NCBI GenBank assembly: GCA_964016885.1
Contig: CAXHJY010000862.1
Location: 18,725-82,724 of the forward strand
Origin: Eledone cirrhosa
Taxonomy: Eukaryota
DNA: 64,000 bases
Reading direction: 5' to 3'
A model generated the notes under the pieces. It was not told the origin of the DNA. It saw only the letters and a program-made list of their open reading frames with translations, and searched no databases. The translations under genes and the position numbers were made by a program. This document shows positions 11,184 to 23,601 of this stretch, in pieces (the first letter of the stretch is position 1; the number at the start of each line of letters is the position of its first letter).

Positions 11184-14100
11184 ATGGAGGATACCAAGAT
11201 AAGTATAGTAGAAATAGAAACAGTACATGGAGGGGATGAAAAGTTACTTCCAGTGACTGAAATTGAAGTTAGTAGTATTGAATCTACGATAGTGAAAATG
11301 TGTCAATGTTCAGTTAATATTCCTAGCAAGGGAGTGGAAATTTTTAGTAATGTAGAATTAGAAAAAGAAATTGATCTACAAAAGCAGAATATACATGTTC
11401 CTACTTTACAAAATGGAAACCCTAAAATAGATAATAATGTAGACCTTGTAGATGATATCTCTTTGCCGGTAACATTTATTATTCCTATAAACAATGGTAC
11501 CATGTCCTATATCCCTCGAATATTGACATTAAAATATACACCACCAACTGGTCCTTGTTGTATGGTACACTGTTCATCAGTGGTCACTGATATTGATAGG
11601 TTTAAGCAAAATACGGTAATTGCCACATTACCATTTCGAAACCAAATTTTATTTTTCTCGCCCTCTAGTGTTGAAATAAAAACTCTTGAATATGGTTTTC
11701 ATAAAATTTCATATTTTAAGGGTAGTAATTTCATAGGTTTTAAACTATTAGAAAAAACAATCTATATGGTAAATTGGGTTGATAATACATATATTAAGCA
11801 ATTTGAGGTGAAACATAATCCTAGAGATATAGCTATAGGACCAGAAGATCGTGTTTTAGTAATATTTTATAATTTTACTTTTATCATTTGTTATGATCTG
11901 AATGGTCATAAATTATTTCAATTTCACCTCCATTCTATAGACATTCCTGCTGGCATCACTGTGTTCCGGAATTATTTTTATGTCTTTCAAGGACATGTTA
12001 TTTATAAGGTCTCCTCAATAGGTGGTGTGTCTCAAAAAGATATTGGGATAAATGTTCGATATGCTTTGTTTGACAGAAATACCATGTTAGTATCTGACGT
12101 TTCTGGTCAGATACATAGTTTTAAGACAAAAAAATTTTGGCCAAAGATGTCTTATCTTCAAAAGATCCAAACACCCTGTCTGAATGATCAAATTTATATA
12201 GAATATCTCAACAACATAGATAAGATTCTGCCTATGTCACAATCTTCTGTATTAGTTGTATATAGGGATCTAAACCCATTATATACTTACAGTGGGACAT
12301 TATACACTTACAGAGGGACAGAATTTTGTAAAGGTGAGGAATTAACATTTAATTCCCAACCATCTAGATTTTGCAGAATAGACTCCAGCAAATTTCTGGT
12401 TCTATTCAATAAAACTAAAAATATACAATATATTACATGTCCTGAACTAAAAAAAGGTAAACTCTATTCTTTAAAAAAGAATTACATTCAAATATGTCAT
12501 GTAGTATTAGATAGGTTTATGGCTTTGACCACTTGTGGAATGAATGAGGTCCATAAATTAAAGATTGAGGAAGACAAGGTAGAATGTGAAAAACTAAAAT
12601 CATTAGAACATGGTGATGTCAGTATAGCTACAACTACAATTTATTTTGTTATTTTAGATAAGAAGTATCGTAAATTAATATTTCATTCTAGTTTCGGTGA
12701 AGAAGAACTTTTCGAAACATATTTTGATTTTAACAGCCGTCCCTATCATATCTACTCAGACAGTTTTTACTTGTATGTTATCTTCCCTACACTCTCTATT
12801 ATGGCATGTTATGATATTTATGGAGAATATAAATGGAAATTAAAACTTCCGGTAGCTTCTCGCTTTCGTAATGGTATTTGTGAAGGAACTATATATTTAT
12901 TTGACCATAAACTAGGGAGTATTCTTGTTTATAACTGTGAATCATCCATTTGTCATTTAAAAAAGTTAAATCCTTATATCAGAAATCCAACGATACGACA
13001 CAAAGAAAAGGATGATAATAAAATTGCGATTGCTGAAATATGTTATCTACCCAACGGACAGTTGGTGGTGTCTGACATAAATAATTCTTGCTTATTATAC
13101 ATTTCTAAGAAAGAAGGAGAAGAAATAAAAGTGTTATCTACATTATATCTGCCATCTGTAGCTACAGATATATGTAGATGGGGTTCTAGTCAATTGGCTG
13201 TCACATTACCCCTAGAGAAAGAATTAAGGCTTATTGGAAACCTATCAAAAACAGTTAGAATTATATCATTAAACCACCCTTATGTACAGATACGGAAGTT
13301 TGGTGAAGGTAGAATTGTTGGTTATTGTGACAACAAACCAAACTATATAGACATTGTATCTGTTCAAAAACATAACCTGGGTGAAGTAATTTCTAGGGTC
13401 CCTATCCCATGTCAAATAAAGTCATTAGCAATAGACAATGATACATTAAATATATTTATGGTGGCTAAGAAAAAAATATTTATGTACAAAACTATATCAA
13501 TAAAGGGTCAACGAGGTACTTTAAGTGATCCCAGCCCTATTTCGGAGCCTAACTTTAAACCACTTTCTGATCTATATGGTGGATGTATTGATAAAACTTG
13601 TCATTATCTGATAGACAAAGATGGTGTGTTGGCTATAAATAATCATAACTCTGTGATGGTATATCTGGTGACAAAGAAACAGTCTAACATGTTTATTGAC
13701 ATGGTAGATGTATTTTCTAGAAACATCTGTGTCAGTGAAATGTTTTCTTCTACATTACATCTGCAGGATCTGACAGTTTCTGATAAAGCTAAGATATTTT
13801 CACCGCCTTGTTTGGAAGACACAAAACCAGTGGGTGGTGGTTATTATAGTGAGGAGAAGTGTTTGGTTGTTATTACTGAAAATAATCTGATTGCATTATA
13901 TGACGGGAATAATAACAACATCAAAATATTAACATTTGATGGTCAACTTGTTGACTTTATCAAATTAAATGACAATCTCCCTAAACATATATGTCGTTGG
14001 GGGTCAAACACACTGGTCATTACCACTGATACAGACAAGCTGTTAACTTTAGAAGTGGATTTTCCATTGTATTTGGTAACTTATAAGACAGACCATAGCT

Positions 14101-16250
14101 ATTATGGTATAGCTTCTTTGTTAGACAATCAACTAGTGTGTAGTTGTGTAGAGAGACAGAGAGGTAGATATAGAGATATATATAGATATAGAGGTAGACA
14201 TAGATTGTTTGTCATTGATATTGATGAAATACATTCCACCGTGGATGTAAAGAAAGAAATAAATATACCTAAGTTCATCAAAAACGTACATATGTATGAT
14301 GATAATCTCACCTCTGATATTGTAGTTAATGTTAAGAATGAGATTATATTTTACAATGGTAGATATATCACTTTCTTCAGCTGTAAAACTGATTATTTAC
14401 ATTCACACAGACAATATTATGATGACATACCACCAAACACCTGTATAACAACAAATGACAATTATTTGTACATTTATGGACAGTGGGGATTATATAACGA
14501 CTTTAGTGACAATAATAAACAGATTGTTTGTTTGTCACAGACTGGTAAATACAGGGATGTATTTTTAAATAAAACCCCTTATAGGGGTGACATATGTTTC
14601 ACCAGTATTAACACTAAAGGTCCAAGGTTCATTGGATATGACTGGAATACAAAGTGTTTATATGTTGAAGGTTTATATGAACTTAATAGGGAAATGTTCC
14701 CTGTTTGTCGTGTAAAAACAGACCAAAGCTCTGTTAAAATAAAAGATATGGACATCTCTGATGATGGACAAACAGTTGTGTGTGAAATAACCAATTATGG
14801 TAATGTTAAAATATCTCAGAGAGATGGGGAACTGTTATGTCACAGAAATATTGAAACTTTAGTTGGTGGCGTCTGTTTTACAGAAGAAGGAGGATTTATT
14901 ATGGTTACACTTCCTAATGAATATCAAATAATTCAACTAAAGAAGGAAGATTTGACAGAATATGAAGTTTGGTCCAGTTCTCTACCTTATGGTGTTATAT
15001 CGAGGATAAAAGAAAATATTTACTTCTGTCAACATATCAACTTGACAGAATATCATATCATACAGGTTGATGGCAACAAATTGAATGTTCTGAAACATGA
15101 GACATTAAATGTGAATTCTCATCTGCTGCTCCCTGCCATTATAACTGATAATCAAGCAAGATATATTACTCCATCAGGTGAAATGATTAACACTTTACTG
15201 GTGAGACGTGGTAATTACAAGGCAAAGTGTATGTTAGGAAATGATGAAATATCAGTGAGGTTTCTGCCCCATAGAATAACATTGTTTCCTCTTTCCTATC
15301 CTACATATCCTGATATATCTAAATATACTGAGAGATGTAAAGTTGATGAGACTGAATATTCTGAGGAATATAGGAGGGACATCATCTACTACAGTAAACT
15401 AATTATGTTACATGACAATGTAGCAGTGTTCCTGTTGAGAAATATTCTCACAGTAACAACAACAGAAGGTGAAATAATCCATGGGAAAATATTACCAGAA
15501 ACACCAATAGACATTTGCAGATGGTCAGATAACTATTTTATTCTCCTTTACTGTCATAAACTTGTGATTTACAGAAAAAATATTTCTTACATTAAAACTA
15601 TCCAACTTAAAAAGTACTACAACATGATTTGTAAAAAGAATGACAACAAACTTGTGTGTAGTTATAGTGGTGTTAGAAATATGTTTGAATATAACTGTGA
15701 GTTATATGGTGATGGTGATGATAGTGATATTTTTAAATATAACCCTGGAGTACCTTGTGTAGATATAGTTTATATGTATAGTGGAAGAGTGAAATACAGT
15801 GTTGAAGTGTGTTTTAGAGACAATGAGATGGAGAAGATGGAGATGGAGGCAGTCTCAGCAATTGGTGTCACATCAAATGAATACATTGTTGTTGTCACAT
15901 TAGAGGCAATAATGGGGAGATGGTACCGTTATATCAATTGGTACAGAAAACAACAGTTGGTCAGGAGATTAGAAATACCACCACCAATATATGATATATA
16001 TAACATATCTTATCTCACAACACATGGTGAAAATATTTATATATCAACAACAAGAAGGAAAATATCATCAGGAGATGACACTAACAATATTTACCAAGTA
16101 TCTGTAGACAGTAACTTACAATTAATCCTCAGTGATAAAGATATTGAAGTCTACCGTGTTAATGGTCTCCTACTTTCTGAAAAAAATATCAAAATTTTTG
16201 GACATATTGCAACAAATCAACATTTTGGTTTTATTCATTATGAGAGATAA
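11184..16250 (+). CDS. Single-exon 1688-aa protein with about six tandem NHL/TRIM-like beta-propeller units
   Basis: 5-kb stop-free frame in AT-rich DNA. Recurrent blade motifs: VTDIDRFKQNTVIATLP, PRDIAIGPEDRVLV, ATDICRWGSSQLAVTLP, PKHICRWGSNTLVIT, VGGVCFTEEGGFIMVTLP, PIDICRWSDNYFILL. Candidate splice acceptor TTTCATTTTAG at 10963-10973. Confidence 0.85.
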   Translation: MEDTKISIVEIETVHGGDEKLLPVTEIEVSSIESTIVKMCQCSVNIPSKGVEIFSNVELEKEIDLQKQNIHVPTLQNGNPKIDNNVDLVDDISLPVTFIIPINNGTMSYIPRILTLKYTPPTGPCCMVHCSSVVTDIDRFKQNTVIATLPFRNQILFFSPSSVEIKTLEYGFHKISYFKGSNFIGFKLLEKTIYMVNWVDNTYIKQFEVKHNPRDIAIGPEDRVLVIFYNFTFIICYDLNGHKLFQFHLHSIDIPAGITVFRNYFYVFQGHVIYKVSSIGGVSQKDIGINVRYALFDRNTMLVSDVSGQIHSFKTKKFWPKMSYLQKIQTPCLNDQIYIEYLNNIDKILPMSQSSVLVVYRDLNPLYTYSGTLYTYRGTEFCKGEELTFNSQPSRFCRIDSSKFLVLFNKTKNIQYITCPELKKGKLYSLKKNYIQICHVVLDRFMALTTCGMNEVHKLKIEEDKVECEKLKSLEHGDVSIATTTIYFVILDKKYRKLIFHSSFGEEELFETYFDFNSRPYHIYSDSFYLYVIFPTLSIMACYDIYGEYKWKLKLPVASRFRNGICEGTIYLFDHKLGSILVYNCESSICHLKKLNPYIRNPTIRHKEKDDNKIAIAEICYLPNGQLVVSDINNSCLLYISKKEGEEIKVLSTLYLPSVATDICRWGSSQLAVTLPLEKELRLIGNLSKTVRIISLNHPYVQIRKFGEGRIVGYCDNKPNYIDIVSVQKHNLGEVISRVPIPCQIKSLAIDNDTLNIFMVAKKKIFMYKTISIKGQRGTLSDPSPISEPNFKPLSDLYGGCIDKTCHYLIDKDGVLAINNHNSVMVYLVTKKQSNMFIDMVDVFSRNICVSEMFSSTLHLQDLTVSDKAKIFSPPCLEDTKPVGGGYYSEEKCLVVITENNLIALYDGNNNNIKILTFDGQLVDFIKLNDNLPKHICRWGSNTLVITTDTDKLLTLEVDFPLYLVTYKTDHSYYGIASLLDNQLVCSCVERQRGRYRDIYRYRGRHRLFVIDIDEIHSTVDVKKEINIPKFIKNVHMYDDNLTSDIVVNVKNEIIFYNGRYITFFSCKTDYLHSHRQYYDDIPPNTCITTNDNYLYIYGQWGLYNDFSDNNKQIVCLSQTGKYRDVFLNKTPYRGDICFTSINTKGPRFIGYDWNTKCLYVEGLYELNREMFPVCRVKTDQSSVKIKDMDISDDGQTVVCEITNYGNVKISQRDGELLCHRNIETLVGGVCFTEEGGFIMVTLPNEYQIIQLKKEDLTEYEVWSSSLPYGVISRIKENIYFCQHINLTEYHIIQVDGNKLNVLKHETLNVNSHLLLPAIITDNQARYITPSGEMINTLLVRRGNYKAKCMLGNDEISVRFLPHRITLFPLSYPTYPDISKYTERCKVDETEYSEEYRRDIIYYSKLIMLHDNVAVFLLRNILTVTTTEGEIIHGKILPETPIDICRWSDNYFILLYCHKLVIYRKNISYIKTIQLKKYYNMICKKNDNKLVCSYSGVRNMFEYNCELYGDGDDSDIFKYNPGVPCVDIVYMYSGRVKYSVEVCFRDNEMEKMEMEAVSAIGVTSNEYIVVVTLEAIMGRWYRYINWYRKQQLVRRLEIPPPIYDIYNISYLTTHGENIYISTTRRKISSGDDTNNIYQVSVDSNLQLILSDKDIEVYRVNGLLLSEKNIKIFGHIATNQHFGFIHYER

Positions 16251-16479
16251 ATATTTTCAGAATTATTACAATTTTTGTTGTTGTTATTGTTGTTGTTACT
16301 GTTGCTGTTATTATTGTTGCTGTTATTACTGTTATTGTATGACTATATGTGTGACTATGTGTCTATGTGTGTATATGTGACTATATGTGTGTGTATATGT
16401 ATGACTATATGTGTATATGTGTGTATATATATGTGTGTATATATATGTGTATATATATGTATATATATATGTGTATATT

Positions 16480-18268
16480 TATTAAAATAACAGATTAAAG
16501 TTTAAGCAAAGAATCGCTGCTTTCACCCTTAACGGGATCTTCTGAAACTAACAAAGTCAATCTGTAAACGCAGAACTGGATATTTCAAAAAACGTTGCAA
16601 CCGGAGGAAGACAGGAAGACGATACTTTGGTTCGTGGTAACGTTCGCTGGCAAAGAACGGGAAAAAACGAATAATACGTCGTTAATAGGAGCGGTGAAAA
16701 ACAATTACGCGCAAAGACAGAACCACGTTTATGGTATAAAAGAGGTCGTAGACTAATGTTCTCTTAGGTGGTGCATAGAGACGTTCTCTGGCAATGAACG
16801 AAAAAACGAAGATAATAAGTCATATGTGGAGCGTGGAGAACAATAGCACGCAAAGACAAAACCACGTAAATGGTATAGCAGAAGTCGTAGACTAAAATTA
16901 ATCTCCGCTACAGAGTTAAGAACAAAGTAAATAAATACAATACAGAAGTAATAGAAACAAATAAATACATACATGCAAACAGATACGTACATACACAAGC
17001 ATACGCAAAACCTTACCATAGGTATACAAAATCACGCACATATAAATATGTGTGTGTGTGTGTATGCTTGTGTACAAATAAATAAGTAAAAAATTATATC
17101 AACGTATATAAGTAAATAAATACGTATATAACAAGCGCACACGCATACCTACATATAAATACACGAATGTTCGGAGACGTAAGTCAACTAAAACAAGAAG
17201 TACACATATACACACACCCACCATACGTACGAACCTGCATACTCACGCAGACGCAAAACTCCCGTATACACATAGCCAAACCCTAAATACCAGACTATGT
17301 AAAAATTATACGCCATAACAGTCAAATATACGTACGAGAAAGTATACATACCTTCACAAAACATACGGGTAATATATACTTACCTATGCAAATAAGTAAA
17401 GGAATAAACAAAACATATACTTAGCTCCCACATCAAGACGTAAAATATCCACGTATAGGTCGTGCTATCCGTTAGGGTATAACGTGGGGCTGTAATACAG
17501 GAAAGTTTTGTGCAATTTATGTTTACAAGCCGAAATTGCCTCAGATTTTTTGTTTAAGATGTGGTCTGTGGCGTAGAGTATTTCCAGGGCCTCAGCGGCG
17601 CAGAGGTCACATGGTCTTTTATTTCCGTTATACGATCTAGCCCTAGCTAGGATCTCCCAGTGTAACTTATATTGGGTGTGGTTATCTTTTAGACTCCAGA
17701 TATAAGCTGAAAGTGACGTCATATTCCTTCTTAGAGGGTAGCGAAAAGAATGGATATGCATGTAAAGACGCTGCTTGAAACTATTGGCGGCTAACCCTAT
17801 GTAGGCCCTATGGGACGTGGGTGTTACAACCTTACATTTGTAGACAATGTTACTAGAGAGGCATTTCCCGGATAGGGGGCAATCAGCCCGATTCTTACAA
17901 TTACAGTTAGTACTAACTACAGGGTTGCACGTGTTCCTACGGCTAGGTAGTTTAGCTAAATTTGAAGCTGTGATGTTATGTGCAAGGTTAGGAGTCGTAG
18001 AGTAAGAAATTTTAATAGTATTGCTATTAAAAATTTTACTATATTTATGTGTAGGGGGGAAATGCTTCGTAATAAGGGAAAGAAAGATCTTAGCTAATGG
18101 TGTGGCCACCTCCATATTATATGGTGGGTTAAACCAACAAATGCGACGAGATCTATTTCTCAACGAAACGTTTCTTACCAGGTTCTTGGTTATGCTGGCA
18201 GGATGGTTGGAATGCTTACTTATGTAATTAAGCGTATCATTCGGCTTTCTATACGGGTAATACAACCC
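16480..18268 (-). mobile_element. Penelope-like retroelement 2 (5'-truncated, internal deletion)
   Basis: ORF 17465-18292: YYPYRKPND..SNHP, WFNPPY, CNCKNRADCPL, IVY..AYIG..FKQRLYMH, CDLC, CKH. Lacks the segment between NVSLR and NRSRR that PLE1 and PLE3 have. The 3' end carries a variant hammerhead fold. Confidence 0.88.
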
Positions 18269-21200
18269 TTTGGACCAGGAGTGATTGGCCAAATAACTTT
18301 GACATCACGATGGGCTCCAGCGACTCAGCGCAGGTAACGGACCTGGTTGGGCTCTACCTGCTGAAGCAGATAAAAGATGAAATCCCCTGCCTGGGCGGCG
18401 GATTATATAGTGACGATGCTCTATTCACAGTACATGACCACAGCACCAATATGTTGGAGGGTATGAGGAGGCGTATTCGCCATTTCTTTAAGAACCAGGG
18501 GCTCAGCATAGAAATAGACCCAAATAGGAAGGTAGTTAACTTCCTAGACACCACCCTAAACCTGAACACCGAGCAATACTACCCCTACCACAAGCCCAAC
18601 GAGAAACTCGTATATGTTAACGCCAAATCAAACCACCCTAGATCCATAACCAAGGCAGTGGTGAAGAGTGTCTCGGACAGGATCTCCAGCCTGTCCGCAA
18701 GTAAGGAAATATTCAACAACCACGCGGAATATTACAACGCAGCTCTAAAGAAGGCGGCACATGGACAAAATATAACATATAGTCCGAAAAGCCGGGAGGT
18801 GGATAGCCCAACAGACACCCACAACGGCGTTGCCAGAGGGGGGAGGGCGAACCCTAACAATACAGGCAGAGTAGAATCAAATAGGCACCATGTACCAGAC
18901 ACCACCACACGGGCGGTGGGGACTACTGCGCTTGACCACGAGATGGAGCACAATATGAGTAGCAGTCTCAGGCGTGACGCTAACTACCCCAGGACGGACG
19001 ACCCCAATCGCAGGACACGTGGGGGGGGGGGCGACGACCCCACGATGGATCTCCCGGGGCGGACAACAACCACCCCACAAATCCGGGCCGCGAAGATAGC
19101 AAAAAGTATAGAGCCCAAAAGGGAAGCAACAGTGCGGAAACCACCAGCAACCCAACAAATCTCCAACAAATCACGAAGCCCCCGACCCACACATATAGGA
19201 GGAGACACCGACAAATCACGTGGTACAACCCACCCTACTCAGCGGCCCTAAAGAAAAGCTTGGCCCGATTATTCTTTGGAGCACTTGACAAATGCTTCCC
19301 GAGGGACCACAGATACCACAGGATCTTCAACAGACACACTGTGAAGCTTTCGTATTCCACCACGAGAAATTTGGCCCAACACATAGCTAGCATCAACAGA
19401 AGTAGGCTTAAAAACCACACACAACCAGAAGATGGCAATACAAACACTCAGCAGAACCATGTGAAAGGAGGGAACGGGGGACCCAGAGCCCACCCAAGAA
19501 ACACAAACAGACCCAAGGACCCCTCACCGAGCATGGGGGAGGACCAACATGTAACACATAATGAGAACCCTAATCTAGGCAGGCAGAGGCTGACCACCCC
19601 CTGCAACTGCAGAAACCCCGAATCATGCCCCCTTGGTAATGAATGTCTCAAGAAGAACCTAGTGTACGGTTGTAGGGTTAAAATCCCCAACTCGAACACC
19701 TCTACATAGGAGCCACATCAACGAGCTTTAAGGACCGCTGGTACAACCATCGCCATTCATTCAAGAAGGATGCCAAAAGGAAAAGTACAGCTCTCTCCGA
19801 CCTGATCTGGAAGCTTAAGCTGGACAGGACCCCATACTCTCTGGCCTGGTACATAATCAGGAAAGTACCACCCGATAAAGGGGGATCTTGCATATGCAAA
19901 CTATGCCTGAACGAGACCCTCGAGATACTAAGAGGTGGAAGCGGCCTGATAAACCCCAGAACCGACTTCTTCGGGACATGCAGACACCTTAGAGCCGGGA
20001 CCTTTCTCAAGATATATGGACAGTAGCAACACAAGAAGATGTGAACTCCCCTCAAGCTATAGGGACTTCTACAGAACATGAAAACACCTCTCGGCCAGAC
20101 CTCCCTCAAGCTATATGGGCAATAACAACACCCTAGGTTGTGAACTCCCCTCAAGCCACAGGGAACAACCCAGGCGGAGCAGACACCATGATAGCCTAGA
20201 GATAGAATCGGACACAGCCATAATAATTTGGCCAACATCTATAACACAAACACTTTTAATTTACCAGATTTCTGACTTTCAAGTTCCAATCTTAAATCTT
20301 GATTTCTCTTTATTAATTTGTTATTTGTTTTCTGCCCTCTTCACTGTATCACCTTATATTTATTTTAAGTTGAGATAGATTATAACACAAACACATTGAG
20401 TTTGAATATCTCATCTTAACATCTTGTCTCATACCAATCTATCCAACATATTCTGACCTTGAGATTGGTTATAGCACACACACACACACTTTATCTTACA
20501 TTATTTATCACTTCTTCATATGCATTTTCATTACTTTTTCACCAATCTCTCATTTATTCTTTATTCTTTATTCTCTATTTATTTATTTATTTTCAAATTA
20601 CACAAATTATATTAATTATTTTATTATATTATTTATTTATTTTCTGTTCTCTTCATTTATTGCCTTATATTTCTTCATATACATGGAAGAACCCCCCCCA
20701 CCCCCCCACCCCCACCACCACCACTACGATGGTGGCGGGAGGGATGAAGGGAAAAAAAACACAAACTGGATACTTCTAAATTGTTAGCAGCAGCAAGATA
20801 TAAGCTGACCACTACACCAACAACAGTACCAAAATAATGGTGGAGGTCAAATGTACTGAACAATAGCAGGCAAAAACACTACAGGGAGCCTCACCCCAGA
20901 AATAATTCTATAGACTTCTGACTGAGGAATGCTTTCAGAACTGACCAATGGGAAGTTTGACACTTTTTCTGTTATTTTGTTCCTTTAACACCTTGTCCCT
21001 TCTACTATTTTATCAATTTTTAAGCTAACTCCAACAATAACAACACTTAGAATGAGGAATGTTCTAATAACTGACCAATGAGAGGAGAAGGGGACCTTTG
21101 ACACTGAAATTCGTTTGTTTGAATTCATATGACTCCAGTTCCTCAGTGAATTAACAACCCAACAAGGAACTGGGCATATCAGAGTATTGACAATATTATA

Positions 21201-21286
21201 CACCTAAACAACATATGTACTTGTCTATACCATACTAATTCAAACTGCCTGAAGAGGTCACAGCCAAAGATGGCTGTCACTGAAAA

Positions 21287-21295
<9 letters not shown>
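18268..21295 (+). mobile_element. Penelope-like retroelement 3 (5'-truncated, two frameshifts)
   Basis: WTRSDWPNNFDITMGSSDSAQV..GLYSDD..FLDTTLNL; second frame ITWYNPPY..CNCRNPESCPL..LVYGC; third frame LYIGATSTSFKDRWYNH..CKLC..CRH, stop at 20024-20026. 3' UTR ends in a hammerhead core at 21244-21285. Confidence 0.88.
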
Positions 21296-21344
<49 letters not shown>

Positions 21345-21348
<4 letters not shown>

Positions 21349-21463
21349 TTATTAAAATAACAGATTAAAGTTTAAGCAAAAAATCGCTGCTTTCACCCTT
21401 AACGGGATCTTCTGAAACCTTATCGAGCCCTATTTGGATTTTAGTCTTCAAATTTATTATTAT

Positions 21464-21470
<7 letters not shown>
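21345..21470 (-). repeat. Solo PLE2-type pLTR end with variant hammerhead fold
   Basis: Near-identical to 16480-16548. Further copies at 9455-9575(+), 45520-45705(+) and partial 43783-43830. Confidence 0.75.
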
Positions 21471-21527
<57 letters not shown>

Positions 21528-21529
<2 letters not shown>

Positions 21530-21975
21530 AAAGTTATATTTAAATTGTTGGGTTACAACTAGTAAATATTTATAACTGATATAAAAGCACTCGACAAGTA
21601 TTTGGAGTATATTTACGATATTAAATAAATGGAAACTATATTTATAAAACCATATCTATTTCATTATATATATTTCAGGGATATCATATTAACAATATGC
21701 TATGCCTTCCTCAGACAAAATACAATATAGACAGTTTTATAGATAAATAGATTTGACATACCGTTCAACATCGACTTGTATTTGAAAAGTCAAATCAACT
21801 TTTCAAATACAAGTCGATGTTGAACGGTATGTCAAATCTATTTATCTATAAAACTGTCTATATTGTATTTTGTCTGAGGAAGGCATAGCATATTGTTAAT
21901 ATGATATCCCTGAAATATATATAATGAAATAGATATGGTTTTATAAATATAGTTTCCATTTATTTAATATCGTAT
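21528..21975. mobile_element. Fold-back pLTR pair (PLE1-related) with two hammerheads
   Basis: Near-perfect inverted repeat centred near 21793. + fold 21866-21931: TATTTTGT-CTGAGGA-AGGCATAGCATATT..AATATGATATCCCT-GAAA-TATATA-TA-ATGAAATA; mirror copy on -. Confidence 0.85.
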
Positions 21976-21992
21976 ATATATATATATATATA

Positions 21993-22551
21993 TTAGCTTT
22001 AAAGCCCGGCGTTGCTCGGGGTCAGTAAGTTACGAAAGTTAGGTTGCACCACCCATTTTATGGCATCACTTTTTTGTCTGCCAGGCACTGGGTGAATGAA
22101 TTGCAGACCTGGACTGCCGAAGCAGGAGTTGCGCCAGCAGTGACAATTATTGTTTCGTATGAAATGTAATAAGTTCTCTTTGTCATTGAAGTAAATAAAT
22201 GTTTGACTATTCCACATTCAAAAACAAACGTTCTCTCTCTCTCCCTCTCCCTCCCTTCTCTCTCTCTTCGGCGTTCCTAAAGGAAGTTTGTAAGCATGTA
22301 TGTAGTTTTATCGAATTTAAAGGGGAGAAGAGAGAGTAAATCAGATTGTATTAGAGGGGTAAAGCGTCATGTATTTAGTTTTATCGATTATTTCCGTAAT
22401 TGTGGGTGAGTTTCAATGAAATAAATAGTCGTTGACCTATCTACAACATTCTTACAGACTTTGAGTCGAATCGGTTTGAAATTGTGCAAATCTATAAACA
22501 TGGAACATGCACACACACACAACAACAACAATCTGCCTTTTATAGATAATG

Positions 22552-22552
<1 letters not shown>
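21993..22552 (-). mobile_element. Non-autonomous Helitron-like element
   Basis: Minus-strand 5' end ATCATTATCTATAAAAGG..AAACCGATTCG; 3' hairpin CCCGAGCAACGCCGGG followed by CTAA. Confidence 0.6.
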
Positions 22553-22643
<91 letters not shown>

Positions 22644-22644
22644 T

Positions 22645-23190
22645 GTCCAGGTTGCCAGGTTGCCCAATGGTAGCATTGCAGAGCCCACTAGTATTTTAGG
22701 GGCCAATGCTTAGCTTTAAAAAAATACCTGAAGTCTAAGAGAAAGAATAAAATAAATGCTTTGCTTAATTGTTTTATTTTTTTTTTAAATAAATAAAACA
22801 ATTAAGCAAAGCATTTAGTTAACATCACATCATTTTATTTTGAAAATTTTGAAAGTAGGTTTATAAGTATGAATTTTCAATAGATTTTCGTAGTTGTCTC
22901 AGTAGCCTAGTGGTAGGTACTAGAAACGGTGGAGATCCTAGTCTTGGGTTCAGTTTTTATTTTGCATCCCATAGAAAAAGAAGACTGAAAAGGTTTACCG
23001 GGAACCCTACTCCCGATCAAGATCGAACTTCAGATCAGGATCACCACTGTCTATGATTCCCCAAGTAGGCCACCGAGACAGCTACAAAAGTATAAGGAAA
23101 ATTAATAATTATAAACCTACTTTCAAAATCAAAATTAAATGATAACATTCTCTATGTTGGTGGGCCCCCTTCATCTCCTGGCACCCGATA
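22645..23190 (+). mobile_element. Non-autonomous DNA transposon (hAT-like); second copy at 52680-53222
   Basis: Long similarity to the reverse complement of 52680-53222, whose end reads CAGTGGCGGACTGGCC. Confidence 0.55.
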
Positions 23191-23197
23191 TTTCTAG

Positions 23198-23538
23198 ACC
23201 AAAGATTAATATGGTTCGTTGATTACTCAACGAATACAGTTTCACAATAGATTAGAAGCACTCAATAGAGGGTTTTCCTGGAGTTTTTAATATTATTCAA
23301 AATGTTAACAATATCAAATCATATATGTCATATATCAAATCATATATTTTATCTGATGAGGACGTACTGAAAAAAACAACACAGTACCTTTGAAATATAT
23401 ATAATTTTTATTATGAGAATATTTTTCATTTGTTAATATTTTGAATAATATTAAAAACTCCAGGAAAACTTAACCGTTGAGTGCTTCTAATCTAAAATTG
23501 TATTCATTGAGTAATCAACGAACCATACTAATCTTTGG

Positions 23539-23540
<2 letters not shown>
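23198..23540. mobile_element. Asymmetric fold-back pLTR pair with hammerhead core (stem I damaged)
   Basis: Same family as 7460-7925; CTGATGA at 23353, GAAA at 23392. Confidence 0.75.

Positions 23541-23594
<54 letters not shown>

Positions 23595-23601
<7 letters not shown>

Noticed and set aside
19020-19720. Programmed frameshifting or selenocysteine recoding in PLE3
   Set aside because: Breaks are indels (one probably in the G-run near 19021), not in-frame TGA; PLE1 encodes the same regions in one frame.
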